A DNA stretch of 63,866 nt, counting the filler, from Octopus bimaculoides (taxonomy: Eukaryota), in NCBI RefSeq assembly GCF_001194135.2. It is 8 parts of 7 records of this genome, joined end to end, with 100 filler letters (N's around TTAATTAATTAA, not from the genome) between each part and the next. Parts side by side here need not be neighbours in the genome. Positions count along the whole stretch, not along the records: positions 37,588 to 46,390 come from NC_068991.1; positions 46,491 to 56,456 come from NC_068984.1; 6 more parts are not named here. One strand, 5' to 3'. Positions 38,003-51,528 of this stretch are shown in pieces. The position numbers were made by a program, and so were the translations under genes. The stretch's first letter is position 1; every line of letters begins with the position of its first letter. Under the pieces are notes generated by a model that was not told where the DNA came from, made no database searches, and saw only the letters and a program-made list of their open reading frames with translations.

Positions 38003-38699
38003 GCATAATTAAATATTGTTAAGAATTGTATTTAAAAACTGTTAAAATATTTTGTGAATCATAGAAGTATAACCAATTTATTGCAATTGAATTATAACAG
38101 CGAAACCTTACATGCACCACCTACAAGGGCCATATGGTCCCCGGTTGAGGAGCACTGTCTTAGATATTGAAATTGTTGTTGTTATTGTTGTTGTTTTTTA
38201 ATGTCATTGTTGTTGTGATGTTGTTATTATTGATACGTTGTTATCATTGATATATCTAATTGTTGTTGCTACTATTTTGGCTGTGATTGTTGTTTTCTTT
38301 ACAGCTGTTTCCGTCATTGTTGTTCATGTCGTAAATGTTGAAATTGTCGATGTTGCCGATATTGCTTCTTTTGCTGTTACTGTTGCTGTTGTTGTATTGG
38401 TTACTATCCCTGCTGCTACTGCCATTATTGTTGTTGTCGTTGTTGATGGTGGTGGTGGTGGTGGTGGTGGTGCAGTTGTTGTTGTTGCCATCGTCGTCGT
38501 GGTTCCATACCAAGCGCTTCAGTGACGTCAAGAATGCAGGGTGAGTGACTTTTACAGATAGATTCTGGCTCAGNNNNNNNNNNCCCACACCCGTATCTTC
38601 CCTCCCCCACCGCATCTGTTTTGTTTTCCTTTTCCTTTTCATATCATGTTACTTCTCCTATATCAATTCTTTTTTTATTTCTTCCTTGTTTTTATTACA

Positions 38700-38913
38700 T
38701 TTTCTATGTCTTCTTCTTCTTCTTCTTCTTCTTCTTTCTTTCTTTCTCCTTCTTCTTCTTCTTCTTCTTCTTCTTCTTCTTCTTCTTCTTCTTCTTCTTC
38801 TTCTCCCCCTCCTCCTCCTACTCCTTTTTTCTTTCGGTTTCATCCTCTTTCTTCTCGCTGTTATCATAACCATCATCATAATCATCATCATCACCACCAC
38901 CACCACCACCACC

Positions 38914-38945
<32 letters not shown>

Positions 38946-39003
38946 CATCATCTTTATCATCATTGTGATTTCCATCAAAGTCATCGTCTTCATCGCTGCT
39001 GTG

Positions 39004-39034
<31 letters not shown>

Positions 39035-39040
39035 CGACCA
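38700..39040. repeat. Compound (CTT)/(CCT)/(CAC)/(CAT) microsatellite
   Basis: Direct inspection. Confidence 0.95.
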
Positions 39041-39487
39041 CTATCATTGTTTTTTATGCTTTTTACTCTCCCTTTGTTTCATTTTATTATTTGTTTTGTT
39101 TTGCTTTTGTTTTTTCTCGTCACCACAAATATGGATATAATTCAACCAGGCTGAATCCTTTCCGAGGGAAAAAGAAACAGAAATGGATTAACAACAAAGA
39201 CACAAACAAACAAAAGCAGGAAACGTCATCTTAATCTCACCTACACACCCCTTCCCCCAAACTTTACCCATCACGACCTCAACCCCGAAACACACGTTCC
39301 TCACCACGTAGCTCCCCCCTCTCTCTCTTTCTCACTCTCTTTCTCCATCTCGGTCTGTCTGTCTCTCTGTCTGTTTGTCTCTCTGTCTGTTTGTCTCTCT
39401 GTCTCTGTCTGTCAGACAGTCTCTCTTTCTTTCTCTATCTCTCTCTCTCTTTCCCTCAGTCTCTCAATCTCAGTCTCTCAGTCTTTT

Positions 39488-39581
<94 letters not shown>

Positions 39582-39680
39582 CTCATCAACCGCACGAACT
39601 CTCTTCCTCAGCAAATATCCCGATCCAATTTCAACGATTCGCAACAACCACAAAAGCAACAAAACAAAAACAACAAAAGC

Positions 39681-39716
<36 letters not shown>

Positions 39717-40661
39717 AACAACAACATCAACAACAAAAACAAAAAAACAGTAGCTGTAACAGCAACTACTTCATCAACAATAACAACAGCAACAATTTCC
39801 AAACATCCTGTCACAGTTATCTCTGTTATAAACGTTTAATTCCACTTTCGTATCCTAGCAACCGTTACGTTTACATTTGGTGTCACGTTTCCCCTAGCAA
39901 CCGAATTAGATATAGTTTTATAATATCTTTTGTTTATTTTATTATTTTCTGTTATGTATTTATTACTACATTTATTTTATTTATGATTGTATATATATTT
40001 ATATATATATATATATATTGTATGTGTCTCTGTGTTTGTGTGTGCGTGTGTNNNNNNNNNNNNNNNNNNNNNNNNNNNNNNNNNNNNNNNNNNNNNNNNN
40101 NNNNNNNNNNNNNNNNNNNNNNNNNNNNNNNNNNNNNNNNNNNNNNNNNNNNNNNNNNNNNNNNNNNNNNNNNNNNNNNNNNNNNNNNNNNNNNNNNNNN
40201 NNNNNNNNNNNNNNNNNNNNNNNNNNNNNNNNNNNNNNNNNNNNNNNNNNNNNNNNNNNNNNNNNNNNNNNNNNNNNNNNNNNNNNNNNNNNNNGAAGAA
40301 GAAGAAGAGGAAGAAGAAGAAGAATAATAATAATGAGAAGAAGAAGAAGAAGAAGAAGAGGAAAAAGAAGAAGAAGAAGAAGAAGAAGAAGAAGAGCAAC
40401 AACAACAACAAGACGACGACGACGACGACGACGACGATGGTGATGAAGATGATGAGGATGACGTGAATGAATACGAGTACAAAGACCAGCATCATCATCG
40501 TCCAAATTATAACGATCGTGTTACCATCGCAGCGTTGATGCTAACAACGATGATTATTATTATGACGAGAAGAAGACGAAATGTGGGGTGGTGAGGGTAG
40601 AAGAGAAAGCGCATGTAGAAGACATGTCGTTGCAATAATAACAATAATAATAATAATAATG

Positions 40662-40726
<65 letters not shown>

Positions 40727-41719
40727 CAGGTGAAGTGAAATGATGCAGTTAATCTTAATTGTAAGAACCACAATATACTACCTATTGGTACCAATTTTAT
40801 TAACCGTGATTAGCTGCCAAGCACGAAATGGCAGCCTCCACCGGGATTTGAACTCTGAACATAGAAAGACGAACATAATTTCAGTAAATCATTTACATCA
40901 GTGTTCTGTCATTTGTGGTAACTGATTTGTCACCCACTATTGAAAATATTTTGTTTCACCTAACATACCACAATAATCGTTCGTAAAACCTGAGGAGTTC
41001 AACCCCAGAGATACAACCACGTCAAAAACTTGCTTGATTTTTGTTCCAGTTGACATGTTTAAAATTGATTAAATACCGAGGGGGATATCATTTGTTTTCT
41101 ATTGATAAACGAGAAAACAATAGAGAAATATCCCCATAAAAATAGTTAATCTAATAGAAACAGGAAAAAATAGTGAATGGCGACTGACAAGTAATGATAA
41201 GGCTCGCAGAAACTGTCGGCACTCTTTGTCGGTTATAATCATAATTATAATGAAAATCCATGAATTTTAGGTGTCAATAAATATGGCGGCCGTATGGAAG
41301 GAAAATGGCTGGCATTTTGGACATTGAATAGTTAACGGCGTGGAAGGACAGGAATTGGAAATAACAAACATTTTTGCTCCTATCAGCAGTCAAATATATT
41401 GCTACCTACAAATTCTCTTAAGATAATTAAGTCAAAATACAGACATGCCTGATTTTGTGTTTGGATGGAAATTGTATTATTTACTGTTGGGATTTCTTCA
41501 GGTGGCGTTATTTCTAACCTCTGACATCACAGTATCTCCGCCATTTGTTTTTTTGTTTTTTTTGTGTGTTTTTTTTGTCTGTGCATCTGTCTGTCTGTCT
41601 CTCTCTCTCTTTCTGTCTTTTTGTTTCTCTCTCTCTTTTATCTCACTTTTCTCTCTCTTTCTTCCACTCTCTCCCTCTCTCTTGCTCGCTCTTTCACTCT
41701 CTAACACTACCCTTTTACC

Positions 41720-41930
41720 CTTTTTACTTGTTTCAGTCATGTGACTGTTGCCATGCTGGAGCACCGCCTTTAGTCGAGCAAATCGACCCCAGGACTTATT
41801 CTTTCTAAACCTAATACTTATTCTATCGGTCTGATTTGCCGAACCGCTAAGTTACGGGGACGTAAACACTCCAACATCGGTTGTCAAGCGATGCTGGGGG
41901 GACAAACACAGACACACACACACACAAACA

Positions 41931-41984
<54 letters not shown>

Positions 41985-42162
41985 CATACATATATACGAC
42001 GGGCTTCTTTCAGTTTCCGTCTACCAAATCCACTCAAAAGGCTTTGGTCGGCCCGAGGCTATAGTAGAAGATACTTGCCCAAGGTGCCACGCAGTGGGAC
42101 TGAACCCGGAACCATGTGGTTCGTAAGCAAGCTACTTACCACACAGCCACTCCTACGCCTAT
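41720..42162 (-). mobile_element. SINE-A, full length, young-looking
   Basis: Complete head, body, internal (CA)/(TA) tract and 3' end. Confidence 0.9.
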
Positions 42163-42878
42163 TTTCCTCACTTTTTCTCTTCCCCACTTTACCCTCCTAC
42201 TCTATCTCCCTCTCCTCGTTCTCTTCTCTCACTCTCCTCTCTTTCACTCACTCTCTCTCTCTCTCTCCATCTATCTCATCTCTGTCTCTCTCTTCTATAG
42301 AATTAACAGTTACACTGCAAGATTCAAGATAGTATAACCTTTGTTAGCTAGCATTCCTCTTTTTTTCTTTCTACCTTCATACCAAATTAATATTCTCCAT
42401 TTTCTTCATTTACTATTGTGTTTTCATCAACAGAGCACCGGTATTTTTTTTTTATATAAAATTGTCGCGTTTTTTTTTTTTTGTTCCTTATTTTCTTTAT
42501 TAATATTGTTTGTGTTTACATTTTTTTTTGTCACCAATCTTTGATCAATTGTCATATTGTCTTCATGCAGGTCGAGATTTTTTTGACGTCAGCATTATGT
42601 CTGTCCCTCGGCATTGACTACTGTTCCGGAATGTCGTAATGTCATTAATGTAATTAAAAACAACAACAAGAAATAAAGAAATAATATCACAGAAACACAA
42701 AACCTGCCAAGACATGACGACCATCAAGAAAATGAAACATTTACATTCAAAATTGAAACATAATCAAAGAATTCTAATTGTGTAGTTGAAGAACATCCGG
42801 TATGGAATTCATGCTATTGTGACAGGATTTTTTAATAAAAATTTAAGCATTTTTTGTGTGTATGTGTATGTGTGTGTG

Positions 42879-42923
<45 letters not shown>

Positions 42924-42932
42924 ACTTGCCAA

Positions 42933-42971
<39 letters not shown>

Positions 42972-43052
42972 ATGATGATGATGATGATGATGACGATGAC
43001 GATGATGATGATGATGATGATGACGATTTTGATCATCATTTTTTTTTTTACG

Positions 43053-43260
43053 TATTACTTGTTTCAGTCATTGGAGTGCAGCCATGCTGGGGCTCTACCT
43101 TGAAGGGTATAGTCGAACGAATAGACCCTCCCAGGAAGCAGTATTAAGTCTGGTATCATTTCTATTGCTTTCATTTACTGAAGCGTTATGTCACGAAGTC
43201 GTAAGCAAACGAATACCTATTGTCAAATGGTGAAGGAACGACAAACATAAACACAAAGTC
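43053..43260 (-). mobile_element. SINE-A 3' half, diverged
   Basis: tacttgtttcagtcattggagtgcagccatgctgggg..tagtcgaac. Confidence 0.7.
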
Positions 43261-43619
43261 ATACGCAGACATCAAACACACACATACACACGCGACGCAC
43301 ACGCACGTAGACAGACACACACACAAACAAACACACACACAAACAACACACACACACACGCATATATCGGTGCCGTAATAAAAAAAAACATTAAAAACAA
43401 ACACGAACTGTTATAGTTCTTAAATTTGACACAAATGGGGAGTCTGATTCGCTGGTGTAAAGGTAACACACTTAGTCGCGTTAGCAAAGGGATGCGGGTT
43501 CGTCTCTCACGCAGATAGGAAAGCCTTCTTTTTCTGTCGAGAGCTTATATGCCACTTTATTAGACTTATTTTCCTTAGTTATTGCACGGTGATCGCTTTA
43601 AGTTTATATAGCCCTCAGT

Positions 43620-43762
43620 ACATGACTGGTATTTATTTTATCAATCTCATAAGCACAAAAGATAATGTCGACTTCGGTGGAATTTGAACTCAGAAATTAA
43701 TGACGGACGAAATTCTGGCAAGCAATTTCGCTCGGCGTACTAACGAATCTGTAAGCTCACCT
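43620..43762 (-). mobile_element. SINE-C 5' part
   Basis: gtcgacttcggtggaatttgaactcagaa..gacggacgaaat. Confidence 0.75.
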
Positions 43763-43764
43763 AG

Positions 43765-44050
43765 TAATAACAACAACAGCAACAACAATAATAATAATAA
43801 TTGTAATAATAATAATCATAATAATAATAATAATTGTAATAATAATAATAATTGTAATAATAATAATAATAATAATGATAATAATAATAATAATAATTGT
43901 AATAATAATAATAATAACAATTGTAATAATAATAATAAAATTGATAATGATAATAATAATAATAATAATTGTAATAATAATAATAATAACAATTGTAATA
44001 ATAATAATAAAATTGATAATGATAATAATAATAATAATAATAATAATAAA
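43765..44050. repeat. (AAT)n array with periodic TGT/GAT interruptions and an internal ~57-bp duplication
   Basis: Direct inspection. Confidence 0.9.
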
Positions 44051-44400
44051 CAACTGAAATCCAAACTAGAACTGGAACAGCAACGGATCATGACATAACG
44101 ATGACAAGAAAAATCCCCTCGTGGCAAATACTGGGTTAAACAAAACAGAAAAGAAATAGACAAAGCAAAATCCCAACAATGGCTGAGAAATTCAGGACTG
44201 AAAGCAGAGACTGAAGGATTTTTAGTTGAAGCACAAAACCAAAGCCTCCCCACAATAAACCATATTTTCTCTGGTTACCCAGTCCTGGCTAAGAAGGAAT
44301 ATATTCAGACACGACAGAGTTGGGATCTATATGCACTGGAAGCTATGCCAACACTATGGAATAACAACAGAAAAAAGATGGTATAGTCAAACGCCAGAAC
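44050..44400 (+). mobile_element. R4/Dong-like LINE fragment, internally deleted, adjoining (AAT)n
   Basis: GKYWVKQ..IDKAKSQQWLRNSGLKAETEGFLVEAQNQSLPT..SGYPVLAKKEYI..HDRVGIYMHWKLCQHYGITTEKRWY. Confidence 0.85.
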
Positions 44401-45813
44401 TTACTGGCCGGGTGTGAAAATTTGAAACCATTATTATTTTTTTTTATTAAAGTCCCACCCCATTGAGATCGTTAATTCTGTCGATTAAAAATAAAAAAAA
44501 CGTATATATATATTCATGTAANNNNNNNNNNNNNNNNNNNNNNNNNNNNNNNNNNNNNNNNNNNNNNNNNNNNNNNNNNNNNNNNNNNNNNNNNNNNNNN
44601 NNNNNNNNNNNNNNNNNNNNNNNNNNNNNNNNNNNNNNNNNNNNNNNNNNNNNNNNNNNNNNNNNNNNNNNNNNNNNNNNNNNNNNNNNNNNNNNNNNNN
44701 NNNNNNNNNNNNNNNNNNNNNNNNNNNNNNNNNNNNNNNNNNNNNNNNNNNNNNNNNNNNNNNNNNNNNNNNNNNNNNNNNNNNNNNNNNNCCCCCCCCG
44801 GCCCATATTTGTAAAATACAAAACATTGTTAATCATTCAAAGGAGGCTCGGTTTTCACTATGCTTCGCTGACAAGGTATAATGCTTCCGAAACATGTTCA
44901 TGATTATTACCCTATTTGCTAACAAAGATCAAAATTTTCTTGCAAGTATGTTATTTAATTTTGTCAAATTAATTCTTAATTTCTTAAAATTAAAATTATC
45001 CCCTCCTTTATTATAAAGTTCTTTAACAATCACTGCTGTGTTGTCATTTTCTTTATTTAACTAACAAGCAATTTTAATTAATCGATATATTTTCGTGTGT
45101 CATTCCTAACGTCACCCTTTAAATTATTTATTTATGTTCGTTTCTGGCACGTATTTTAGACATATTTTCCTATCCATTCTTCTTCTTTGGTCTGGCGTAG
45201 AGGAACTCACGAATATGTCAGTTAGAAAAAAGAACTTCCGGTATGCTATTTATATTTTATTTTATACATTATGATTTTATATTTCATATATCAATTTATT
45301 ATTCCCTTCCCATAATATCTCTTCCTTTTTTTCCTTGTTTTTTTTCCTCCCTTTTTTCTTTCACGGTTAAACGGCTTTTTCTTAACAACGGCATCTCATC
45401 TCACACAAAGAAATTACATCGCGTGTTCCCCAAGGGAGACGAGAGAAAGAGATTGACTTGGATCTAAAGTATTTCATTACCCAAGATTGGATGAAAGTAA
45501 CGAGGTGTGGATACGAATTGATTTTTCCCCTATTTATCTCCCCCTACCTTTTCCTCCCTCTTTTCGCTTTCGTTTCTTTTACCTTCTTCTCTCCAACAAC
45601 TCAACCCTCTTATTTATCTCGCTATCTATTTCTCTTTCTCTCCCCACTCCCCACTCCCACCCCCTTCATTTTTTTCCCATCTCTACTGATCTTATCTCGC
45701 TACTTTAGCTATCGGGATGTCTCAACTACAACTTCCATTCCTCCATAAAAACGATGGCCGAAGACGTAAACATTTGCAGACACAATGGAAACGGAAAAAC
45801 AAATAGACAAAAA

Positions 45814-45844
<31 letters not shown>

Positions 45845-46027
45845 ACAAATAAATAAATAATCTCAAAGAACAAGATTTATAACTATAATAACCAAAATTA
45901 TTATCCTTATTGTTGTCTCTGCTTATTAATATCTCCGTGTCTTTTTTTTCATATTATTGTTAATTTTGTTGTTAAATCATCACCGCCATTATTGTTATTA
46001 TTATCGACGTCGTTGTTGTTGTCGTCG

Positions 46028-46103
<76 letters not shown>

Positions 46104-46309
46104 ACGTTCGGTCCGTGTAGTGTATGATGCGTGTCAGCATGAAGTGATAGGTGACTGGTTAAAGGGACAAACAGCGCAAAAGTGACGGGTGCGAAAGAAA
46201 CGGGAAATCTTATCGCACAACAAATCAGATGCTAATAAAGATCACGATGGTGGTGGTGGTGGTGGTGGTGGTGGTGTTGGTGGTGCCGGCGGTGGTGGTC
46301 ATGATGGTG

Positions 46310-46343
<34 letters not shown>

Positions 46344-46490
46344 TAGTAATTACTTCTATTATGACATGTTCGATAATGATGATATTAATANNNNNNNNNN
46401 NNNNNNNNNNNNNNNNNNNNNNNNNNNNNNNNNNTTAATTAATTAANNNNNNNNNNNNNNNNNNNNNNNNNNNNNNNNNNNNNNNNNNNN

Positions 46491-47431
46491 ACACTGACAT
46501 CTCATTTTAATAGATATATTTACCAAAATTACATAAAAATATCTTGAAAGACCTTTGAAGACCGAAGTGGAGAAGGGTTCCGTGCCAACGGCGGTCGAGC
46601 ACGGGTCAGTCGGTCCTAAGAAGCGGGCGAAAGCTTCCACGAAAGGCGCCGGATCCGTCACGAAAGCGATAGTAGTAAATTTATTCAATAAAATCGCCAT
46701 TGGCTTCAACCATGGTCTCCAGACGACTTCGGAATCTCCTGCAACTCTTCTGGGTGGTCTCCTTGTTTAAGTTGGTGAATGCTGCCATAATCCTCGCCTT
46801 CAGTTCATCTTTGGTGTTACGAGGAGTTTTGTTGCTGTCTCACTCGACAGTGCCTCACACATGATAATGAAGGGGGTTGCAGTCTGGGTAGTCAGGTGGC
46901 CAGATGTTAGGGGTGATGTGGTCGCAGAAATTGTCTGACAGCCATGACTGGGTTCTCCTGCCTGTGTGGCATGATGTAGAGACCTGTTGCCAGACATAGG
47001 GTCTTGCAGCAGTTACCCTCTTCAACCAGGGCAACACTACCTCCTCCAGGCACTTGATGTAGGCCTCTATGTGGAGTGTGAGGCTGTGTGGGAAGATGAA
47101 TTGAGGCATAACGTCGCCTTCATTAGTAATCACTCTAAACAGCATGATGTTGACTGGATGTTTGATTTTTATCTCTCTCGGCACATGTCCTCAGATTGAC
47201 ACCCAAATACTCTGAAATATTCGTATTGGAACATCCGGTGAGAACACCAGGCAGTAGAGCATGTGGTTCTTAAATTTCTGGCACAGTGAATTGCGACATG
47301 GTACTGTTTTTCTCACAAACTAGGCCCAACTGACCCTACTATACTGTGTAGTCGACAAAATCCAAAACAAACATGCGTATGCGCGAAATCATAAATATAT
47401 AATGGCGACAATTTACTCATCGCACCCTGTA
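46491..47431 (-). mobile_element. Internally deleted maT (DD37D) element
   Basis: WQQV..37 aa..WPPDYPDCNPLHY (both Asp mutated, spacing 37); 5' end tacagggtgcgatgagtaaattgtcgcc; deletion junction near 47175. Confidence 0.88.
46553..46668 (+). pseudogene. 28S (LSU) rRNA fragment inserted in the maT 3' UTR
   Basis: ctttgaagaccgaagtggagaagggttcc..gggtcagtcggtcctaag matches the conserved eukaryotic LSU stretch CTTTGAAGGCCGAAGTGGAGAAGGGTTCC..GGGTCAGTCGGTCCT as recalled; GC-rich in AT-rich context. Confidence 0.85.
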
Positions 47432-47770
47432 TGTATGTGTGTATATATATATATATATNNNNNNNNNNNNNNNNNNNNNNNNNNNNNNNNNNNNNNNNNN
47501 NNNNNNNNNNNNNNNNNNNNNNNNNNNNNNNNNNNNNNNNNNNNNNNNNNNNNNNNNNNNNNNNNNNNNNNNNNNNNNNNNNNNNNNNNNNNNNNNNNNN
47601 NNNNNNNNNNNNNNNNNNNNNNNNNNNNNNNNNNNNNNNNNNNNNNNNNNNNNNNNNNNNNNNNNNNNNNNNNNNNNNNNNNNNNNNNNNNNNNNNNNNN
47701 NNNNNNNNNNNNNNNNNNNNNNNNNNNNNNNNNNNNNNNNNNNNNNNNNNNNNNNNNNNNNNNNNNNNNN

Positions 47771-47808
<38 letters not shown>

Positions 47809-48344
47809 CATGTATACATAACGGACAGCTATGTTGAAGTGGCTACGAACGAACATTTTATCTATATATGTATATGTGTGCGTGTGTGTATGTGTGCGTG
47901 TGTATAAAAACATTCGCGACGTTCTTGAATCAACCAATGAAAACGCGTCGCCATCACCCAATTATGAATAAATGAATAAATACACACACACACACACCTA
48001 AATGTGTGTGTGTTTGTATCTTCACCTTATAGACCTTAATCTTCTCTCTCCCTCTTATTCTCTCTCTCTCTTTCTCTCTCTCCTGTATGCTTTAGTTTAT
48101 AAGGAATGTTATTGACAAGATAATTTCATGGTTGATTTCGTAGTATGGGGTTGGTGATGTAGTGGTGAGTAACGGCGGTGTGGTAGTGTGATGTTCACGG
48201 AACGAGGGTGTACTGAGTTTGTGTCTGGGGTGACGTGGTGGTGTGGTTGTTTTTTTAACCCATATAACCTCTTGCTGAGTAAATTTATGATCCGAGCGCC
48301 TCTGCCATGACCATCACGTCCTTCTTAGACATTATACATATCCA

Positions 48345-48449
48345 ACCAAAGTCGACTCCGGCCGGGTTTGAACTTGTATCGTGAAGACTGACGAAATGCC
48401 GCTAAGCTTTTTGGCCGGCATGCTAATGATTCTGACAGCTTGCCGCCTT
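48345..48449 (-). mobile_element. SINE-C 5' part (first of three tandem copies)
   Basis: aaagtcgactccggccgggtttgaact..cagcttgccgcctt. Confidence 0.75.
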
Positions 48450-48450
48450 T

Positions 48451-48532
<82 letters not shown>

Positions 48533-48540
48533 TAATAATA

Positions 48541-48740
48541 ACGGTTCCAAATTTTTACCACAGGGCAGCTTGAGGGAGGGGATTAAGTCGGTTACATCGA
48601 CTGGTACTTATTTAATCGACCCCAAAAGGATGACATGCGAAGTCAACCTCGGCGGAACTTGAAATCACAACGTAGCAACGGGCGAAATACCGTAAGCATT
48701 TCGCCCGGTGGGCTAATGAGTCTACCAGCTCGCCACCTTA
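48541..48740 (-). mobile_element. SINE-C with (ATT)/(AGT) tail
   Basis: Full head and central domain. Confidence 0.85.
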
Positions 48741-48785
48741 ATAATAACAATAATGATAATAATAATGATGATAATAATAATGAAT

Positions 48786-49018
48786 AATGGTTTCAATTTT
48801 TGGCACAACGCCAGCAATTCAGTGTGCGTGTGTGTGGCGGGGGTGTAAGGCGACGATATCGAATCATGTGCTCAGTTGGTACTTAAGTTATCGATCCCGA
48901 AGAGACGTTTGGGAAAGTCGACCTCGGCGGAATTTAAACTCTGAACGTAAAGACGGACGAAATGTCGTTAAATAGTTTTGTCCGGCGTGCAAACGATTCT
49001 ACCAGCTCTCCGCCTTAA
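48786..49018 (-). mobile_element. SINE-C with (ATT) tail
   Basis: Full head and central domain. Confidence 0.8.
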
Positions 49019-49295
49019 CTCTTGTTTTCATATTTATTAATAATGTTAGAATATATAATTCTATATGAAACTCTTATTTGCAATCTCGTGACCAATACTC
49101 TGTTAGATTTCAATTATTGGTCTGTTCTTGTAAAGTACGTCCACCCGTGACCTGTTCACTGGTTTTTCATTGCATCCTGTTAATGATCAATCGGTCTCTG
49201 ATATTAAACTGTGAACCATTGGTCATTAGATCTTATAGAAATGAATCTATAACCACGCACACACACAGAGGTACACACACACACACACACACACA

Positions 49296-49457
49296 TATAT
49301 TCGACGGGCTTCTTTCAGTTTCCGCCTACCAAATCGTCTCACAAGGCATTGTCGGCAACGATGCAATAGTTCACGTAGAAGATACTTGCCGTGGGACTGA
49401 ACCTGGAACCTTGTGGTTGGGAAATAAGCTTCTTACCGCACAGCCTCGCCTACGCCA
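49296..49457 (-). mobile_element. SINE-A 5' half with small deletion
   Basis: cgacgggcttctttcagtttccgcctaccaaat..gggactgaacctggaacc. Confidence 0.8.
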
Positions 49458-49881
49458 TTTCTTGCTATTGCTGTTATTTCAATGCTGTTTTTGTTGTTGC
49501 TGCCATTATTGTTGTTGCGATGATATTTTCTTTAAAACTAGTCAAAATATATGCTATGTTTTACATCTTCCTCACACCTTACTTTCGTCGTCTCAGACTT
49601 GTTCTCACCTTCGCTCAGTCTTCTACAGTTTTTCACACGCATCCATTTAGCAAAGTCTGTGCCGCTAACCATATTTTATAGTTTCGCTCACGAGCTGACA
49701 GACGAGGGAGTAGGAGGATGGGAAAGGTTTCCCAGCCAGAATCCCGGACGTTATTTTATTGTACATTGGTTTCAGTGTTTATGTGTATTTTATTTGTGAA
49801 ATAAAGTTTTGTCGCCCTTGTGTCTGCTATGTGCGTGTGTATATGTACACAAATGTATGTGCACTTGTATGCATCTACGTA

Positions 49882-49922
<41 letters not shown>

Positions 49923-50480
49923 NNNNNNNNNNNNNNNNNNNNNNNNNNNNNNNNNNNNNNNNNNNNNNNNNNNNNNNNNNNNNNNNNNNNNNNNNNNNNN
50001 NNNNNNNNNNNNNNNNNNNNNNNNNNNNNNNNNNNNNNNNNNNNNNNNNNNNNNNNNNNNNNNNNNNNNNNNNNNNNNNNNNNNNNNNNNNNNNNNNNNN
50101 NNNNNNNNNNNNNNNNNNNNNNNNNNNNNNNNNNNNNNNNNNNNNNNNNNNNNNNNNNNNNNNNNNNNNNNNNNNNNNNNNNNNNNNNNNNNNNNNNNNN
50201 NNNNNNNNNNNNNNNNNNNNNNNNNNNNNNNNNNNNNNNNNNNNNNNNNNNNNNNNNNNNNNNNNNNNNNNNNNNNNNNNNNNNNNNNNNNNNNNNNNNN
50301 NNNNNNNNNNNNNNNNNNNNNNNNNNNNNNNNNNNNNNNNNNNNNNNNNNNNNNNNNNNNNNNNNNNNNNNNNNNNNNNNNNNNNNNNNNNNNNNNNNNN
50401 NNNNNNNNNNNNNNNNTATATACGTAGCTATTCTATCTCTCAATCTACCTATTCATCTATGTATCTATTCCTCCATACAT

Positions 50481-50529
<49 letters not shown>

Positions 50530-51309
50530 TCTCTTTCTATTTATCATCAATCAATCTATCTCACTTTACACGCACACATATATATGCATCAGTTCTAATG
50601 ATGCAGTGACTTTGCTATTATAAAATTCTGTTTGAATAATTGTTGAATAATTGTTGGAATTCAGCATGAAACCTTGGGTTCTGGAACATTGACAGAATTC
50701 CCTTAAATGATTGACTATCCATCTCTCGATATCAAGGAATACTTCATGTTTATAACACATGCACACACATCCACGTGCACACACGGAGCACAATGATATA
50801 TGACCTCATTTTGCTCTATCTTTCATTATATACATATGTGCATGAATGCGTGCGTGCGTGTGCGTGTATGTGTGTGTGTGTTTTACTTAGCGCATAGCTG
50901 TTGTAATCCAATGAAGAAGAGGTGCTGGGTCCTGTTTAGGAGAAATTTTGTTTGGCGATTTCAGGGAGTTGCATCGTGAAAGGAAAAAGAAAATTGCTTT
51001 CACAAGAACGAGGAACCAGCGCTGAGTGAGTTTGGAGTTCGATGCTCCGGTAAGTGTCATTATACTAAGAGGATATCTGGAGTTTAATGAAGGGGGACAA
51101 CTCCAGGTGATGACGAATGGTGATCTTTAAGGATATTTATAAACTAGCTTGGAGATTGTGGACGTGAGACTGAGAGATGTTAATTCAGTATCTGATAGGA
51201 GTAAAGGGGTCAAGTTTTGGGGGTTTGAAACATTATAAAGCTATTGTAAAATACTTCAGTGAGAAGAAGTTATGAAAGAGAGAATTAGAGAAGAGATAGA
51301 TCGATACAG

Positions 51310-51354
<45 letters not shown>

Positions 51355-51496
51355 ATATAGATAGATGAATAGATAAAGAGTGATAGAAAATATACGTATA
51401 TGATATATATACATACTTTATCGTGCAGTTACTGTTAATACTTCATTTAGAGAATTAACATTGCATATATATATATATATATATATACATACATAC

Positions 51497-51528
<32 letters not shown>

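Noticed and set aside
38545-39234. 229-aa hydrophobic ORF and overlapping poly-S/H/M ORFs
   Set aside because: Trinucleotide-repeat artefacts
50965-51049. Splice-bounded segment ttcag|..CCG|gtaagt
   Set aside because: Stops in all three frames; could be a non-coding exon or old LINE sequence, with no further support
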